Shown: positions 39,738 to 52,880, counted from the first letter of the whole stretch. The stretch is 63,767 nucleotides of DNA, filler included, from Reticulomyxa filosa (GCA_000512085.1; 23 parts of 23 records of this genome joined end to end with filler, not necessarily neighbours in it); one strand, 5' to 3'. The notes: generated by a model from the letters alone, not told the origin. A program made the numbers and translations.

Positions 39738-40502
39738 TTAAAATGTTCCACCACGTTGTTCAACAAGTAATTTTTGTTGAGTTGTCAAACCATTTGTATC
39801 TTTCCATATACTATTTTTCATTGATAGACCACAAATTTGGGTACCTGCTTGCCAAATACATTTGAATTCACCTGGTTCAGCAACATTTATTTTATTGTCC
39901 ATACTACCCCATAATCGAACTGTTCTATCCTGTGAACATGATACAATTGTTTTACTATCTGGTGAAAATTTTACATCACATACAGTCGAAAAGTGTCCTT
40001 CCAATATTTGGATTCGGCGCCCTGAAGATGCATCCCACATTCGAATAGTATTTTCCATAATTGAAATGATTTTAGATCCGTCTGATGAAAATTGTAATGC
40101 CGAGATATTTTCCCCATCCTCTAACGTTTGAATTTGTTTTCCAGATAATGCATCCCATAATCGAGCTGTTCTATCCATGGAACATGATACAATCTTGGAA
40201 CCGTCAGGCGAAAAATATACTTCCTTGACTGCATCCGAATGTCCTTCTAGTAGGAGAAGTTGCTTTCCAGATGATACGTCCCATAATCGAATTGTGTTAT
40301 CTGTGGAACATGACACAATTTTAGACCCGTCTGGTGAAAATTTCACACGGTGTACTCCCTCTGAATGCCCTTCAAATAATTGAAGTTGTTTCCCAGACAC
40401 TACATCCCATAATCGAGCTGTGTTATCACCAGAGCAGGAAACGAGTTTGCAATTATCGGGCGAAAATTGTAAATGCATTATCCAAGAAGTGTGTCCCTGC
40501 AA
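39738..40502 (-). CDS. WD40-repeat C-terminus of the NACHT/pentapeptide-WD40 type
   Basis: Highly similar internal repeats 'EGHS..V..V.FSPDGSKIVSCS.D.T.RLWD..SGKQ'; terminal 'GLTTQQKLLVEQRGG'. Confidence 0.85.
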   Translation of the reverse strand: MQGHTSWIMHLQFSPDNCKLVSCSGDNTARLWDVVSGKQLQLFEGHSEGVHRVKFSPDGSKIVSCSTDNTIRLWDVSSGKQLLLLEGHSDAVKEVYFSPDGSKIVSCSMDRTARLWDALSGKQIQTLEDGENISALQFSSDGSKIISIMENTIRMWDASSGRRIQILEGHFSTVCDVKFSPDSKTIVSCSQDRTVRLWGSMDNKINVAEPGEFKCIWQAGTQICGLSMKNSIWKDTNGLTTQQKLLVEQRGGTF

Positions 40503-40661
40503 TAAATGAACTTGTTTTCCTGATGAGGTGTCCCATATGTAAATATTTGCATTATATGTGGNNNNNNNNNNNNNNNNNNNNNNNNNNNNNNNNNNNNNNN
40601 NNNNNTTAATTAATTAANNNNNNNNNNNNNNNNNNNNNNNNNNNNNNNNNNNNNNNNNNNN

Positions 40662-41178
40662 GAAAATTCAAAACTTTGGATTTAAATTTGCCAGCATTTG
40701 GACCGGTGTTATCTCTTGGAGTTGTTCGAAAAATGGAAACAGTGTTGTCTAAACCACCACTGGCAACGTAGTCATATGATGGAGCAAATGCACAGGTCAT
40801 GACCCAGGCACTATTAAGTGTAATTGCCAATTGCTTATTGCCGCTCAATGCATTCCAAATTATTAATTTGCCATCTTGTGAGGCTGTCACCACATGACGA
40901 CTGTCAGGGCCCCAATGCAATGCGTAGATCTTGCCAAAGTGACCCGTACATAGCTTTCTTTGTTTTGGCTCGTACGTTTTTGTTTCTGGGTTTCCTGCGG
41001 TTTCGGTCAATAAAGACGGACCTATTTTTAATTTTTTTTTATGTTATTTTTGTTAACAGGTTTGAAAACGACTGAGAGGAGACTTACTTGTGCCCTGTCG
41101 AACATTCTTTATTTTCTCTTTCAATTCTTCACACAAACGTTGGCATTCCTGCAAATCTTTTTGGGCTTGTGAGGTCAT
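40662..41178 (-). CDS. Heterotrimeric G-protein beta subunit, 5' exons
   Basis: Exon 1 '[24 protein letters not shown]' (coiled coil); exon 2 '[28 protein letters not shown]...[19 protein letters not shown]'. Confidence 0.93.
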
Positions 41179-41401
41179 CCTATTGTCTTGATGAACTCTC
41201 GGTTTTTAGGTTGCTGGTGCCCTTCTCTTTTTCTTTCAGGTCCGAAAGAAGTAACACAAGTCACAAGCCCTCACTTTGTCAATTATAGCTTTTATTTGCT
41301 TATGAGTTTTGTGCTATATTTGAAAAAAAATGAATTAAGTAAAGGATCTTTTTTTTAAGTTGAACTTTTTTAATTTGAAATTATTGAGTTATTGACGAAT
41401 T

Positions 41402-42324
41402 ATGCCAGAGCCAGAAGAACATAAAAAAGGAGATATAACAGGTTATAGAGTGAAAACCTCGAAACACTGGATAAGTAACTGGAAACTGAAAGTGACGTCA
41501 AGTGACAGCGAATGGAAAGACTTGCGACCGAGTTTGAACGAAACAGCGAAAATGTATTTGTCCGCGAGGCTACAAATGAATCGCTGTTGTCTATGTGACG
41601 ACGTATGCGAAGAAGGCAACTTTGCGGTGGAGACACTATTGTTTATTCCGAAGGACAACTCTACGCAGCGATTGAACTGTCAAATTCCGAGGATTTGTTG
41701 CAGAACATGTTCAGAACACGAGTTGCAAGAAACAGACAACGAAAAAAGTAGCATCGAATTGGGACAATAAATGAATATTGGTCCAAGTATCATTTTAATC
41801 AAAATCAAAGTCAAAATCACAATCACAATTACTCTTCAAATCAAAGTCAAAATCCAAATCCAAGCCAACAATACGTTCCAAAAGAAAGACCCAAACAAAG
41901 TGAAATGAACAAAGAAAGAAAAGACAATGAAAACTACATTAGTGGCAATATCAGCAACAATAACAATAATATCACAAATCAACAAATATTGGAAGACGGA
42001 TTCTTGATTTGTACACAGCTAGTGAAAACAGGCGGGGCCGATCAAGGAGGCTTGCAAGTGGGCGACGTATTGGTCGAATTTGGACATTATAACAAATCAC
42101 GATTTCCTGGACTCAAGTCCATTGCTGCTTTGGTTCGGAAAAGTCCGGAAAAAGATATCCCAGTTATACTTTGGAGAAAGTTGGAGCCTTTGGATAAAAA
42201 TTCGCCTCCTGCTTTCCAGAAAATCTCTATAAAACTCAAGCCCTTGCAATCGCATGATGTTAATGGTGGGGGCGTGCTTGGTGCTGTTATCAACACTTAC
42301 CCTTTGCCACAAAATCGAGTCTGA
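41402..42324 (+). CDS. Cys-rich N-terminal domain plus PSMD9/GRASP-type PDZ domain (frame break near 41760)
   Basis: 'CCLCDDVC...CCRTC'; 'GGADQGGLQVGDVLVEFG...LKP....GGGVLGAVI'. Confidence 0.6.
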
Positions 42325-43358
42325 ATTGTCCATACTCTTTTTTATCTTGTTCTACGCTTATCTCTTTTTTTACGCTGATCCCTTTTATTTACAAAAAAAG
42401 ACTGTCTTTTTTTAACAGTAAATTTGCTATTATCTTGAGTTATTTTTTTTTGCATTGTCATTTTTTTAATGACTCTTATTTGTCTTGGAGAGAAACGAAA
42501 CGATTCAAAATTCTTTTTTTTTCTCCAAATATTTTACGAGTATATGGTCTATTGCAATTGACTTGTCTTGTTTTTGTGCTTAAAACTGAGTCCAAAGCAG
42601 AAAAATGTTTGGAAATGCATAATATAATCCACATCTACACTCTTTTTGACATAGTTCGTATATCTCTTTGTTTAACATACCGTTTTTCAAGACAAAAAGG
42701 GACGTTGCAAAATACTATGATGTTAGCTCGGATAAATTAAACAGAAAAAGATTTTGACTGCTCAAACGAAGAAAGGAAAAAGCAATCACAATGGCACAAC
42801 AACAGCTAATCATCAGAGTAGTACGGAGCAAGGAACGCAACAAGCACAGACGGGCTTAACTTCGCGAACACAATAAGTAAGAACACGAATAAGTTATGAC
42901 TTATTGAATCAACGATGTTTGTGCCGTACATAAGCACAGAAAATCTCAATCTATTCATGAGCGCATATCTTCGGAACGTATATATACTAGTATATGGCAA
43001 CCGATAATGTTGTATTAGTGTTTAATATATCAAATTGTCTACTCGAAATTAGTGCCAATTGTCAACAATTTTTTGCTGAATGAAGTTGTTTCATTTAAAC
43101 ATGTATTTAACTATGTTATGCATACATAAACAGTGCCAACATGAGATCCAGTATAAACTGGTATTACTTGTATGGATGAGTAATGTATTAGCGATGATGA
43201 TACATTTAATGAAGTTTGTGATTGGCTAGTATTATGACAAGCAAAATGAGAACTATATNNNNNNNNNNNNNNNNNNNNNNNNNNNNNNNNNNNNNNNNNN
43301 NNTTAATTAATTAANNNNNNNNNNNNNNNNNNNNNNNNNNNNNNNNNNNNNNNNNNNN

Positions 43359-45684
43359 TTCAAGAATGGCTTGCTGCTTATTATTTAGTTGGATGTTTAT
43401 ATGAATCAAATGAGACAAAAGAACATGAACAAGTATGTTCAATATTAAAGAATGAGCAACTCACTCCAAGATATTCAGTGATGATTCCATTCATTTCTGG
43501 AATATTGTATAACAATATAATATCTAAGAAAGATGCATCAGGATCAGGTTTATTGTATTTTTGGAAATTATTGCATTCATTACCACCTCAAATTGTTCCC
43601 ATTCACAATGTGATGTTATTTATGCATTGTTTAGATGCTTGTAAAGCTGATACTGATAGTTCTTTTCTTTCATCACAACTTCGAATTTGTCATAAATCAC
43701 TTGTTGATTCATTCAAATCATGGATCATTTCTTGGATTCATTTTGACAAAGACAAAGATTATGCTTATAAAAAAGTATTGTGGAATGATTACAAGAGAAT
43801 ACTTGACAGACCATTGAATAAAGTGATGAAATCGCATCTATCCAATTTTCAATATGTGTTGCATCATCCAGATATCCACTCATGTATCATCGATCAAATT
43901 AAGATAATTCAAACACAACTCAATACACTTAATCATGATGGATTAATAAGAGATCGATTGGAATTATTACAGTATTTGTGTATTTCAGCAAAGACTTCAG
44001 ATGTTGTTGTCCAATGTTATAAACAAGTTTTTAAGATGTACTATGATATGTGTGCAAACTTACTTTGTGTAATATCAGTGAAATTAAATGAACAGCAATT
44101 GGATAATGTTATTGAATTAATGATGTGTGGGCTTGTTCAAAAGGCTACAGCTATTCATTATAGATATGCATTTTCAATTGCAAAAATAGCATTGCAATTG
44201 AATGAGAGACAATTGAATAAAGTATTTGAATGTTTGATGAATGCCTTTGAGAGTGGAAAAATTACAATTTGTTATATATGTGCACACGCGCTTGCAACGA
44301 TTTCATCACAATTGGGAGGAAAACAGTTGGATTATGCATTCCAATATTTCATTTGTAATTTTCCTTCATATTTTTATTATGATTATTTTAATACGGATTC
44401 GATTCAATTTCTAATGGGATTGAAAGAAGGACAATTAGGTGCTGTCTTTCAATGTTTGATTTATCGATTGTCCGATCATAATGAATATGATCGTGTAAAA
44501 TGTGCAGAATTACTTGGAAAACTCTCAATGAAATGGAATGAAAAACAATTGAATGATGCTTTCAATTCTTTAAAAAATAAAGGGATGTGTGGAAAAGCAC
44601 TTGAGACAATTACAGTGAAATTGTCTGTGGAACAATTCGATAATGCTTTTAATTATTTCATTAGTAGATTCGATTGCAAAAAAGATAGTTCTCATGATAA
44701 ATACGCTGACCTACTTAAAGAAATTGCACAGAGATTGGATGAAAAACAAATGAACATTGCATTGAAATATTGTATGGATAAGTTAAATGATAAAAATGAA
44801 CATCGAAAAAATCGTATCAAATGCATTCAGTTACTTGAAATAATTTCAAATAAATGTAATGAACAACAATTAAATGAAACTTTTAACTCTTCAATGAACA
44901 TATTCAATGATGGAAATAATGATAAAAATTTACGTAGTGAATGTGCAAGATTACTTGGGACAATCGCAGTAAATCTAAATGGAAAACATTTCGATGATGC
45001 TTTTCAATGTCTTGCAAATGGATTAAAAGATGGTGATTCGACTGTTCAGCAGTCATGTGCAAAATCACTTGTAACACTTTCAAAGAAATGGGATGATAAA
45101 CAATTGGATGTTACTTTTCAATGTTCGATTGATGGATTTCAAAATATAAATGGATATTGTTGTGCTGCATCCAGACATTTACTTGAAGGAATTGCAATGA
45201 AATTGAATGAAATACAAATCGATTCTGTTTTCACATATTTGATCAATGGACTCAAAGATAACAATGAAACGAATCGAAAATTGTATGCAGAATCAATTGG
45301 ATTTCTTTCAACAAAATTAAACAAAAAGCAATTGGATGATGTTTTCGAATGTTTGAATGGATTAAAAAATGAAAAAGAGTGTATTCATGCATTATGTGAA
45401 AAATCACTTGGTATCATTGCAACAAAAGTGAGTGAGAAACAACTGGAAAGAGTTGTTAACGCTTTGATAAGTGGATTAAAAGATAAAAATATAGATGTTT
45501 GTAAATCATGTGCAGAATCACTTGGAATAATTTCAACGAATTTAACTGATAAACAACTGAAAGGAGTTTTCAATGCTTTGCCAAAGGATAACAAAGTTTG
45601 CGATATTTTGTCAAATTATCAGGAAAAAGCTTACTTTGAATCATATAAAAAAGCACTTGAAGAAATTTCAACGAAATGGAATGA
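43359..45684 (+). CDS. NACHT C-terminal subdomain plus HEAT (PBS-lyase-like) repeats; NLR-like; truncated at both ends
   Basis: Contig starts 'FQEWLAAYYL' (NACHT winged-helix FQE motif), then 'RYSVMIPFISGIL', then ~39-aa repeats 'L.EKQLD.VF.CL.NGLKD....V..SCA.SLG.I'. Confidence 0.8.
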
Positions 45685-45827
45685 NNNNNNNNNNNNNNNN
45701 NNNNNNNNNNNNNNNNNNNNNNNNNNNNTTAATTAATTAANNNNNNNNNNNNNNNNNNNNNNNNNNNNNNNNNNNNNNNNNNNNATATATATATATATAT
45801 ATATATATGCATATATATTTTTATTAG

Positions 45828-46428
45828 GTATCGCTCCACTCATCAACTTGCAAATATCTCGGACTATAATATGACTGCCTATCCTGGACGGACTTATCGG
45901 TTTTTGACGGAAACACCATATTTCCCATTTGGATATGGCTTGTCTTATTCTACCTTTTCCAATAATGCTCTCACTCTTTCTCAATCGGTCATTCGTCCTT
46001 GTGATGATATCACGGTAACCTTTGACGTAAAGAATTTGGGGCCTTTTGTGGCGGACCAAGTGTGCCAGGTTTATTTGAAAGTATTGGTTGGCAATGACGA
46101 CATTGTTAGAGACCAACTCAGACTTGTCAATTTCACTAAATTACACGGCGTGCAAATACAGAAAACAGTTCAGGTGTCCTTGCTCATTTCCTATGAACGC
46201 ATGACTGTTACCAAAGGTCTTAATTTTCATCAAGTCATTGAGCCTGGCACCTATCAGGTCTTTGTTGGAGGATATCTTACTGTCGATATTGACTCCGTCT
46301 CTGGTGCTGCTTCTTATCCCACTTTGCTTAATGCCACATTTGTCATTGAGGGCAATACAACCAATGTGCAAACATGCCAACAGCAAACTAATCTTCAAAA
46401 TATGGCTTTTGTAGAAGTCCACGTGTAA
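45828..46428 (+). CDS. Glycoside hydrolase family 3 (beta-xylosidase-like), last exon with fibronectin-III-like domain
   Basis: 'DYNM...PGRTYRF...FPFGYGLSYSTF', 'VKNLG..ADQVCQVY', 'EPGTYQVFVGG'. Confidence 0.9.
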
Positions 46429-47901
46429 AACTTTTCCTTTCCTTCTACAACATTTTTTTACTTGCAAATAAATAGTCAAATTTGTCGGGAGTTATACTTA
46501 TAATGTAAGGTGAACACTGCGATACCCTATTTGTTGTATACATAACAATCTTATACATCAATGAAATTTCTTTTTTAATAATGAAACAAATTTCTTTTGA
46601 GCATTCATTTTAAAAAGTGGTTGATCAAATGCATTATGCCTTCGAAAAAAGTTTTTTTTAAAAAAGAAGAAATGTTTGTTTGCCAAGTTTTTTTGACTCA
46701 ACCCTTGGAAGGTTTTTTTTTAAAAAAAAAAGAAACAAAAAGTCCAGCTTCCAAAATTTGTAAATTTAGTGGCAAACGAATTTGTGAAGTACTGGTGAGA
46801 TGGATGAACCCATTTTGGTGGACAGCAACACGAAGCAAAAGCCAGTAACAATTGTCCGGCAGTGTGGTGTTGTTCCAAATTGTATCAATTTTATCACCAG
46901 AGCACTTAGACCTCAGGAGTATTGCGTCGACACCACAAAGTGGTTTTTGCCAAGATTGGCAACATGAAGAAGAAGCTAAAGGAGCCCCAGAATGTCTTTG
47001 TACGAAAGTTGTGAACAATGGTCTGTTTTTCAAAAATTACATTGATCAAGCAGTGCTGGCATTTGACCGACAAACATTGATGTATAATTTTTAAAAAATT
47101 ATTTTTTAATGAACAAAAGATTTTATTAAAAAAAATCATCAATAACAAAAACAAATAACTCCGAAATATATTTTATGTTGTCAATGAACGTAGTGTTATT
47201 ATTGGTAGCAACAAAGTCCGAGGTCAGTGAAAAAGCGGCTGGAAAAATATTAAAGTTGGACGAATCGGACAAAGTGTTTTGGTGCGGATTTTGAACGGCT
47301 TGATAGCACACAATGTTTTGGTTGGTCTGAATAACGATGTCATGAATGACGATGTTGGTTCCGCTTGCCATGAAGAATAGTAATGTCGCGCACACTACGA
47401 GTGTACAATATCTTTTGCACTCGAACGAAGACATGATCGAAGAACAAGTCAATTTGCAAACAGATTGTCGCAATATCAAATCGAGTGCGAACAATTGTAT
47501 AATTTTTGTGTGTTTTTTTTATCGGTGTTATTGCTAATAACAATTTTTTTTGTAAGTTTTTTTTTAATAGAAGGACAGATCCATTGAAGTATCGCATTGT
47601 TGGGGAAAACAATGTAAGTTGTTCTGCAAGAGGATAAAACGATTATGAAATGACAATTCGCATCTTGATAAGCTGACTAAATAGTTTGCGCAACTGGGAT
47701 CGTTGAGTATGTCATACAAATCCGAATGAATTGTAAATAAACAAGCTCCAACTGACTATGTTGAAATCTTGTGCACCTAAGCTTAAAAAGTTTTCTCAAG
47801 ACGAACTTTGGCTTCACCAGTACTGCAAAAAACAAATTTGTTTAGTGTGTAAGTGTTGCTTTTGTTATATATTTCAAAAAAAATGTTAAACAGAAATCTC
47901 A

Positions 47902-48004
47902 GTGACGTAACTTAAGTAGAGACGTTAGCTGGGGCCATGCGTTGGGGGGCTTGCACATGCAAGGGTCTCCGCAGTGATGTGGGTGCGAATCCCGCCGTCA
48001 TCCA
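47902..48004 (+). tRNA. Degenerate tRNA-like gene, possibly His-derived and intron-containing
   Basis: GC-rich island; T arm GTGGG-TGCGAAT-CCCGC; acceptor 3' side CGTCATC; anticodon arm TGCG-TTGGGG[~21 nt]C-CGCA; oligo-T ~8 nt downstream; D arm poor. Confidence 0.4.
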
Positions 48005-48643
48005 TACAATCTTTTTTTTATATTTTTTTTTTAACAACTTTACAAATTTGAAATGTTTGTTTGATGTCAGTATATGAACATTCGATCTTCAAGCGATTGC
48101 AAATAGTTTGTGGATGAAATTCATAAATGAAAGTTGTTGATATTGCACTTATGTTTTGGTGCGTTTTCGTCAATCACAGTTTCACAAATATTTCATCAAC
48201 TGATATATTACCTCAATTTTGGGTTGACCGTTTCCAATATTCGAGAATGAATGACAATATTGCAATGCTAGCGATGAAGTAATCACATGTAGGAAGGTTA
48301 TTTTGATCATTCAATAAGCAAAGTATATTTAACAACATTCTCCAAATAAAAGTTGTTGGAAATCAAATGAAGTGGCTATATTTGTTTACTTGAATATTAC
48401 CAACTGTTAATTTTGATACAAAAATTGAAAAAACACTACAAAATGACTTTCTTATTGCTTTCCTTGTAACATTTTTTTTGTGTTGAAACATTGTGTAAAA
48501 ATGCTTCTAATATTAATAAATGAAGAAATTGTAAATGAAAACAGGAAAATCTTGCAAACTTAAAAAAACATAGTTTCTTTTTTTGTTGAAACTTGCACAA
48601 GAGATGGGACTTCTTGACCTGAATATAGTTCGAGGGTAGACAC

Positions 48644-50220
48644 TCAAGTGTCAGTTTTGACAAGAAAAGGAATGATCTGGTCACAGAATACGCGAGTGTT
48701 ACAAACAATTTTGTGATGTGAACTTTCTGATTCTTCTTCTTTAATTAAGTCAGGAAAATATGTGCGATAATATGACAAAAACGCTGAGCTTTCTTCAAGA
48801 GTGAGTCGAAGAAAAAACGTAGTGTGATCCGCATCGGTGCGTCGATAGTACGCACCATTTTGGATTGCAGTAATGCCTGCCAGTGCAACAAAGGCCTGTT
48901 CCACAGCAATCCCCGAGTATACTTCTTTGAAAGGTACGCACAACTGTTGTGCCAGCATTCCCATTAGCTCTTCATGAGTCGGAAGTGGTTTGTCTTTGAG
49001 GAGCTGCGAAGCATGCGATGTAGGACTACTTGAGTCATGTGTACGTATCGGACTCTGTTTGTCATATTCATTGTGGAGCCAATTGTGATGGAACACAACA
49101 CTTTTCAACTCCTGTGTTCGAAGCCATTGATATGCTTGAGCGCCGAGACGAATGCGAAGGCCGACATTGGGTGTATGCACAAACGAATGGAGTTTGTCGG
49201 AGTGCAAGGCGAAAAAGGCCAGTGTCGAGTTGATAAAGTTTGGAGTTGAGTTCGAGGTGGTGATGGTGATGATGATGATGATGGCAATGAAGGGGAATGA
49301 GATGTTTGATAGAGCCAGTGAACAAATTGTTGTGTGGCTGGGATCGCCAAGCGAGTTAAGTATTGGTGCAACCACGGGCGATGTTGTTCCCACTGCTCGA
49401 AAGGAAAGTACGCCAAGGCATAAGACTGTATGCATTCGGGCACGCTTGCATGTAACTGACTCTCAGGTTGTTGCACCGGATGCAAATGTTTATGCGCAGA
49501 AACGACCTTTATCCATTGATTGTCCAATCGAACCACGTAATGTCCTTGCTGCTTGCACAAGCCAATACCAACACAATGTCCATTGTCGTGTTCGAATAAC
49601 AGACTCGTTTCATGAGGTGCACGAGCAAAGGATAAGCGTTGGACGATGTTGTCGGCCCAATGAGTTACATACTCGGGTCGTTTCAATGCCAATGCTTGTG
49701 ACGTAGATACATCCCAAAAAGTAGTGAGTTGCACTTGCAACTCTTGCAATCCTTTGTTATATAGTTTATGTGTAGTCGTTTGATCGGGGAACAATCGCTT
49801 CGTCTGTGTGAGATTGGCCAGTGCTTCGAATAAAAGAAATATACGAAATGTCAACGCGTCGCATACGTGCCATGGCTTATCCAAAGTCACTGACTTTTGC
49901 TTTTGTCCTTCCATTTCGATGCCGACAATGCGATGACTCGTCGCCCAGTACCACAAACTGCTGTCCTGCAACATGCGCTGCATGTGCAGCTGATCGCGCA
50001 TCCCCGTCAACATGCACACGGCCTCGCGCAAGCGTTGTCCGTACATATCACCGTCGCTGTAATCATGCAGTGCATGTAGCAAGCCATTTTCGTCCATGCA
50101 TCCCTCAAAAACATGCGTTTGCATTATGGCCTCGATGCGTGCCTTCGAAAACGGAGTGCGATGAGTAAGTGCATAGCGAATCAAATGAGAGGTTTTATCG
50201 TTTTGATTTGCATTTGTAAT

Positions 50221-50259
<39 letters not shown>

Positions 50260-50850
50260 GGATGAATTATTCTCCTGCTTTTCATTAACCCAAATATCGA
50301 GCAGATATTCAAGCGGCGACCGTGGATTGTTGACGCGATCGCGCAAGTCGACGGACGCGCCTTGTTGGAGACACCAGCGAGCGGCGTGCCACTGTGCACA
50401 CACAATGGCGACGTGTAGTGGCGTGCGTCCGTCGGGGTTGGCGGCGTCGTCAATGTCGCAGCCCTCGCGGAGTGCACGGGACATGTCCTGCAGACGTCCC
50501 TGCGTCGCCGCCTTGTGCAGCGCAGAGTACTCGGAGCGCGTGCAAGGCGATCGTGTAAGATCGAGGGAATACAGAGAAAGTTTGGAGGGAGATGATGATG
50601 ATGATGATGATGATGATGATAATGGCGACAATGATGATGATGATAATGATGATGATGATGATGATGATGATGTCAGTTGAGAATCATAGACCGGCCATTT
50701 GTATTGCTTGGCTTGCTGCTTGCACAAGAGAACAAAGTCGTGGAAATACGGCAAATGACGCTGCTCTTCCAACGAAAAATAGAGAAACGGAGTATGGCGA
50801 AACAACGCCGCCGTCCACACTTGGAGAGTGGTTTTCAGCAGAGGAGGCAT
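48644..50850 (-). CDS. Ankyrin-repeat protein with an uncharacterised C-terminal domain; frameshift near 49200; 5'-truncated
   Basis: 'SALHKAATQG...GCDID...DGRTPLHVAIVCAQWHAARWCLQQGASVDLRD'; overlapping ORFs 49105-50850 and 48644-49435. Confidence 0.75.
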
Positions 50851-51015
50851 TGTGGTATGCGTATCTGTGCTGTGCTTCCAAATGGAAGAAGAAGAAGAAG
50901 AAGAAGAAGAAGAAGNNNNNNNNNNNNNNNNNNNNNNNNNNNNNNNNNNNNNNNNNNNNTTAATTAATTAANNNNNNNNNNNNNNNNNNNNNNNNNNNNN
51001 NNNNNNNNNNNNNNN

Positions 51016-52880
51016 ACGTCATTTTCCAAAGCCGGGATTATGTTTTGTAGGAATTGTAGGTTGCATTCTTCTGGTTTTTCCAGCTGTGAATTAATGATTT
51101 GGATTCGGTTACTTACAATATCACTTAATACACAAATGGCACTTAGACAATGGCATAAATTTCCCAAGGATATTTCGTTGCCACTCGAAGATGGCTCCAA
51201 ATTCGGTGAAAATAATGGCAAAAAAGTGGAGCCTCTGTCACTGCTGGATGAAGCAAAAAGAAGGTCGTGGCCACTGCCAAGGGATTGCGTTCGAAAGATT
51301 GACAGCAACAACCTGATGATCTCTTGTCGCAGACGAACCAATCCTTCTCCATTAATTTGTGAATATTCTTCTTCTAAATTAGCCGAGTTTCCTGTCGTTC
51401 TGTCCCACCAAACAATGAAAAAGATGGACAATCCAAAGAAAACATATATGTTATTTGGAAAACAATGTTTTTTTGTTTTTTTTGTTTTTTCAATGAAAGT
51501 CCAACATGGTATCCAAATCTGCACTGTTGGATGCTTGCACGAGTTTTGATGAATAGAATTGAAAGAGTGACAACAAAGCATCATTTTTTTTTTTGAAATA
51601 AGTCAATTTGGGGTCTTTCTTGCTTTCGCCATCGTCCATAGTAGAACTTGATAGCCTTGTTGCAAGACTACCAACAATTGGGCCATTACACAATTGATAC
51701 CATACGCCGAGCCAAAGCTTTGTGGCACGCATCATTAGGATATCTTGTGACAGCATTGCCACAATTTGGTCAATCACGTCATCGTACTGTATTTGATATA
51801 TATTGATCATTGCACATATGTATGCCATTGCAATCAACATGAAAGAAAAGAAATGCACAAAGACAGTTGAAAGATAACAGCAAACTGTCATTAAGAATTG
51901 AAGCACTTGATGATGCAATCGCCGATGTCTAAAGCAGGAAGAGAAGAGAGCTAAGATTAATCGAAAGCATGGAATGAGCACCTGCAAATACTTTTGACAT
52001 TTTGCCTTTGATTCGTCACGATCGGAGGTCGTTTCTTGCGCGGTCCAGAAAATTTTAGTTTTCAAACATTCCAAATTGATTAGATAGGTCATGCAGTCGT
52101 TGGTTATCAATTCCATTGCTCCATCCGTGTAAGACGCACATGCCATCAAAGCGTTCATCAAACAGTCGAACCTGTGAATTTGATATTATATCCAAAATTT
52201 TCTGATTGCCTCAAAAAGGGAAAAAATTATATACATATATACATATATGTATATGTGATAATAACGTAACTGATACACGAATACAGATTGTTTGGATGAC
52301 TGCAATGCTTTAGACAAATTTGTGCCCAACTCCTCCATTTGCTTCAATAAAAAACTCACGCGAGAGCGGTCCAATACCAACGCAAGCCATTTTTTGCCTG
52401 CGCTGATGTTGACTTGTCTGAGTTGGTTCAAATGAGTCAAATGCCACGACGGATTCAATAACTCAGTCGCAATAAGCGAGGACAAGGAAGACAAGTATGG
52501 ATCATTGCTTGTCGCGTCACGGAACAGCATTTCCAACAAATTTTTGTCATAACCCAGCAGCGCTTTGATCACCCTCGACTGTATTTGCAATTTTTCCTTG
52601 CAAACATCGTCAAATCTGGATTGCAAGTGTAACACAGGTTATGTTGTCTATGACAAGCGATTATTCAAACATATGTTGACCAACAACAAAAGGAAGCTTA
52701 ACATATTGGAATTTTTGGCATCGTTTTCGAGATCCGTGTACACGCTCGAGCCTTTCAACACCGAGTAGTTGATAAAATTCAACAAAAAGTTGTATAAATT
52801 GCTGCGCGTGTTTCGATTGGTCTGTTGAATGGCCAAGGCCGGAAGTAAATTCTGCAATGTGGACTCACTGTCGCCAATGA
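51016..52880 (-). CDS. NUP205: Nucleoporin Nup205/Nup192-like, internal fragment
   Basis: Ordered motifs 'RSNLYNFLLNFI', 'LLEMLFRDA', 'GAMEL', 'KYLQVLIPCFRL' and 'HQVLQFL' parallel the Nup205 C-terminal region as I recall it. Confidence 0.65.
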
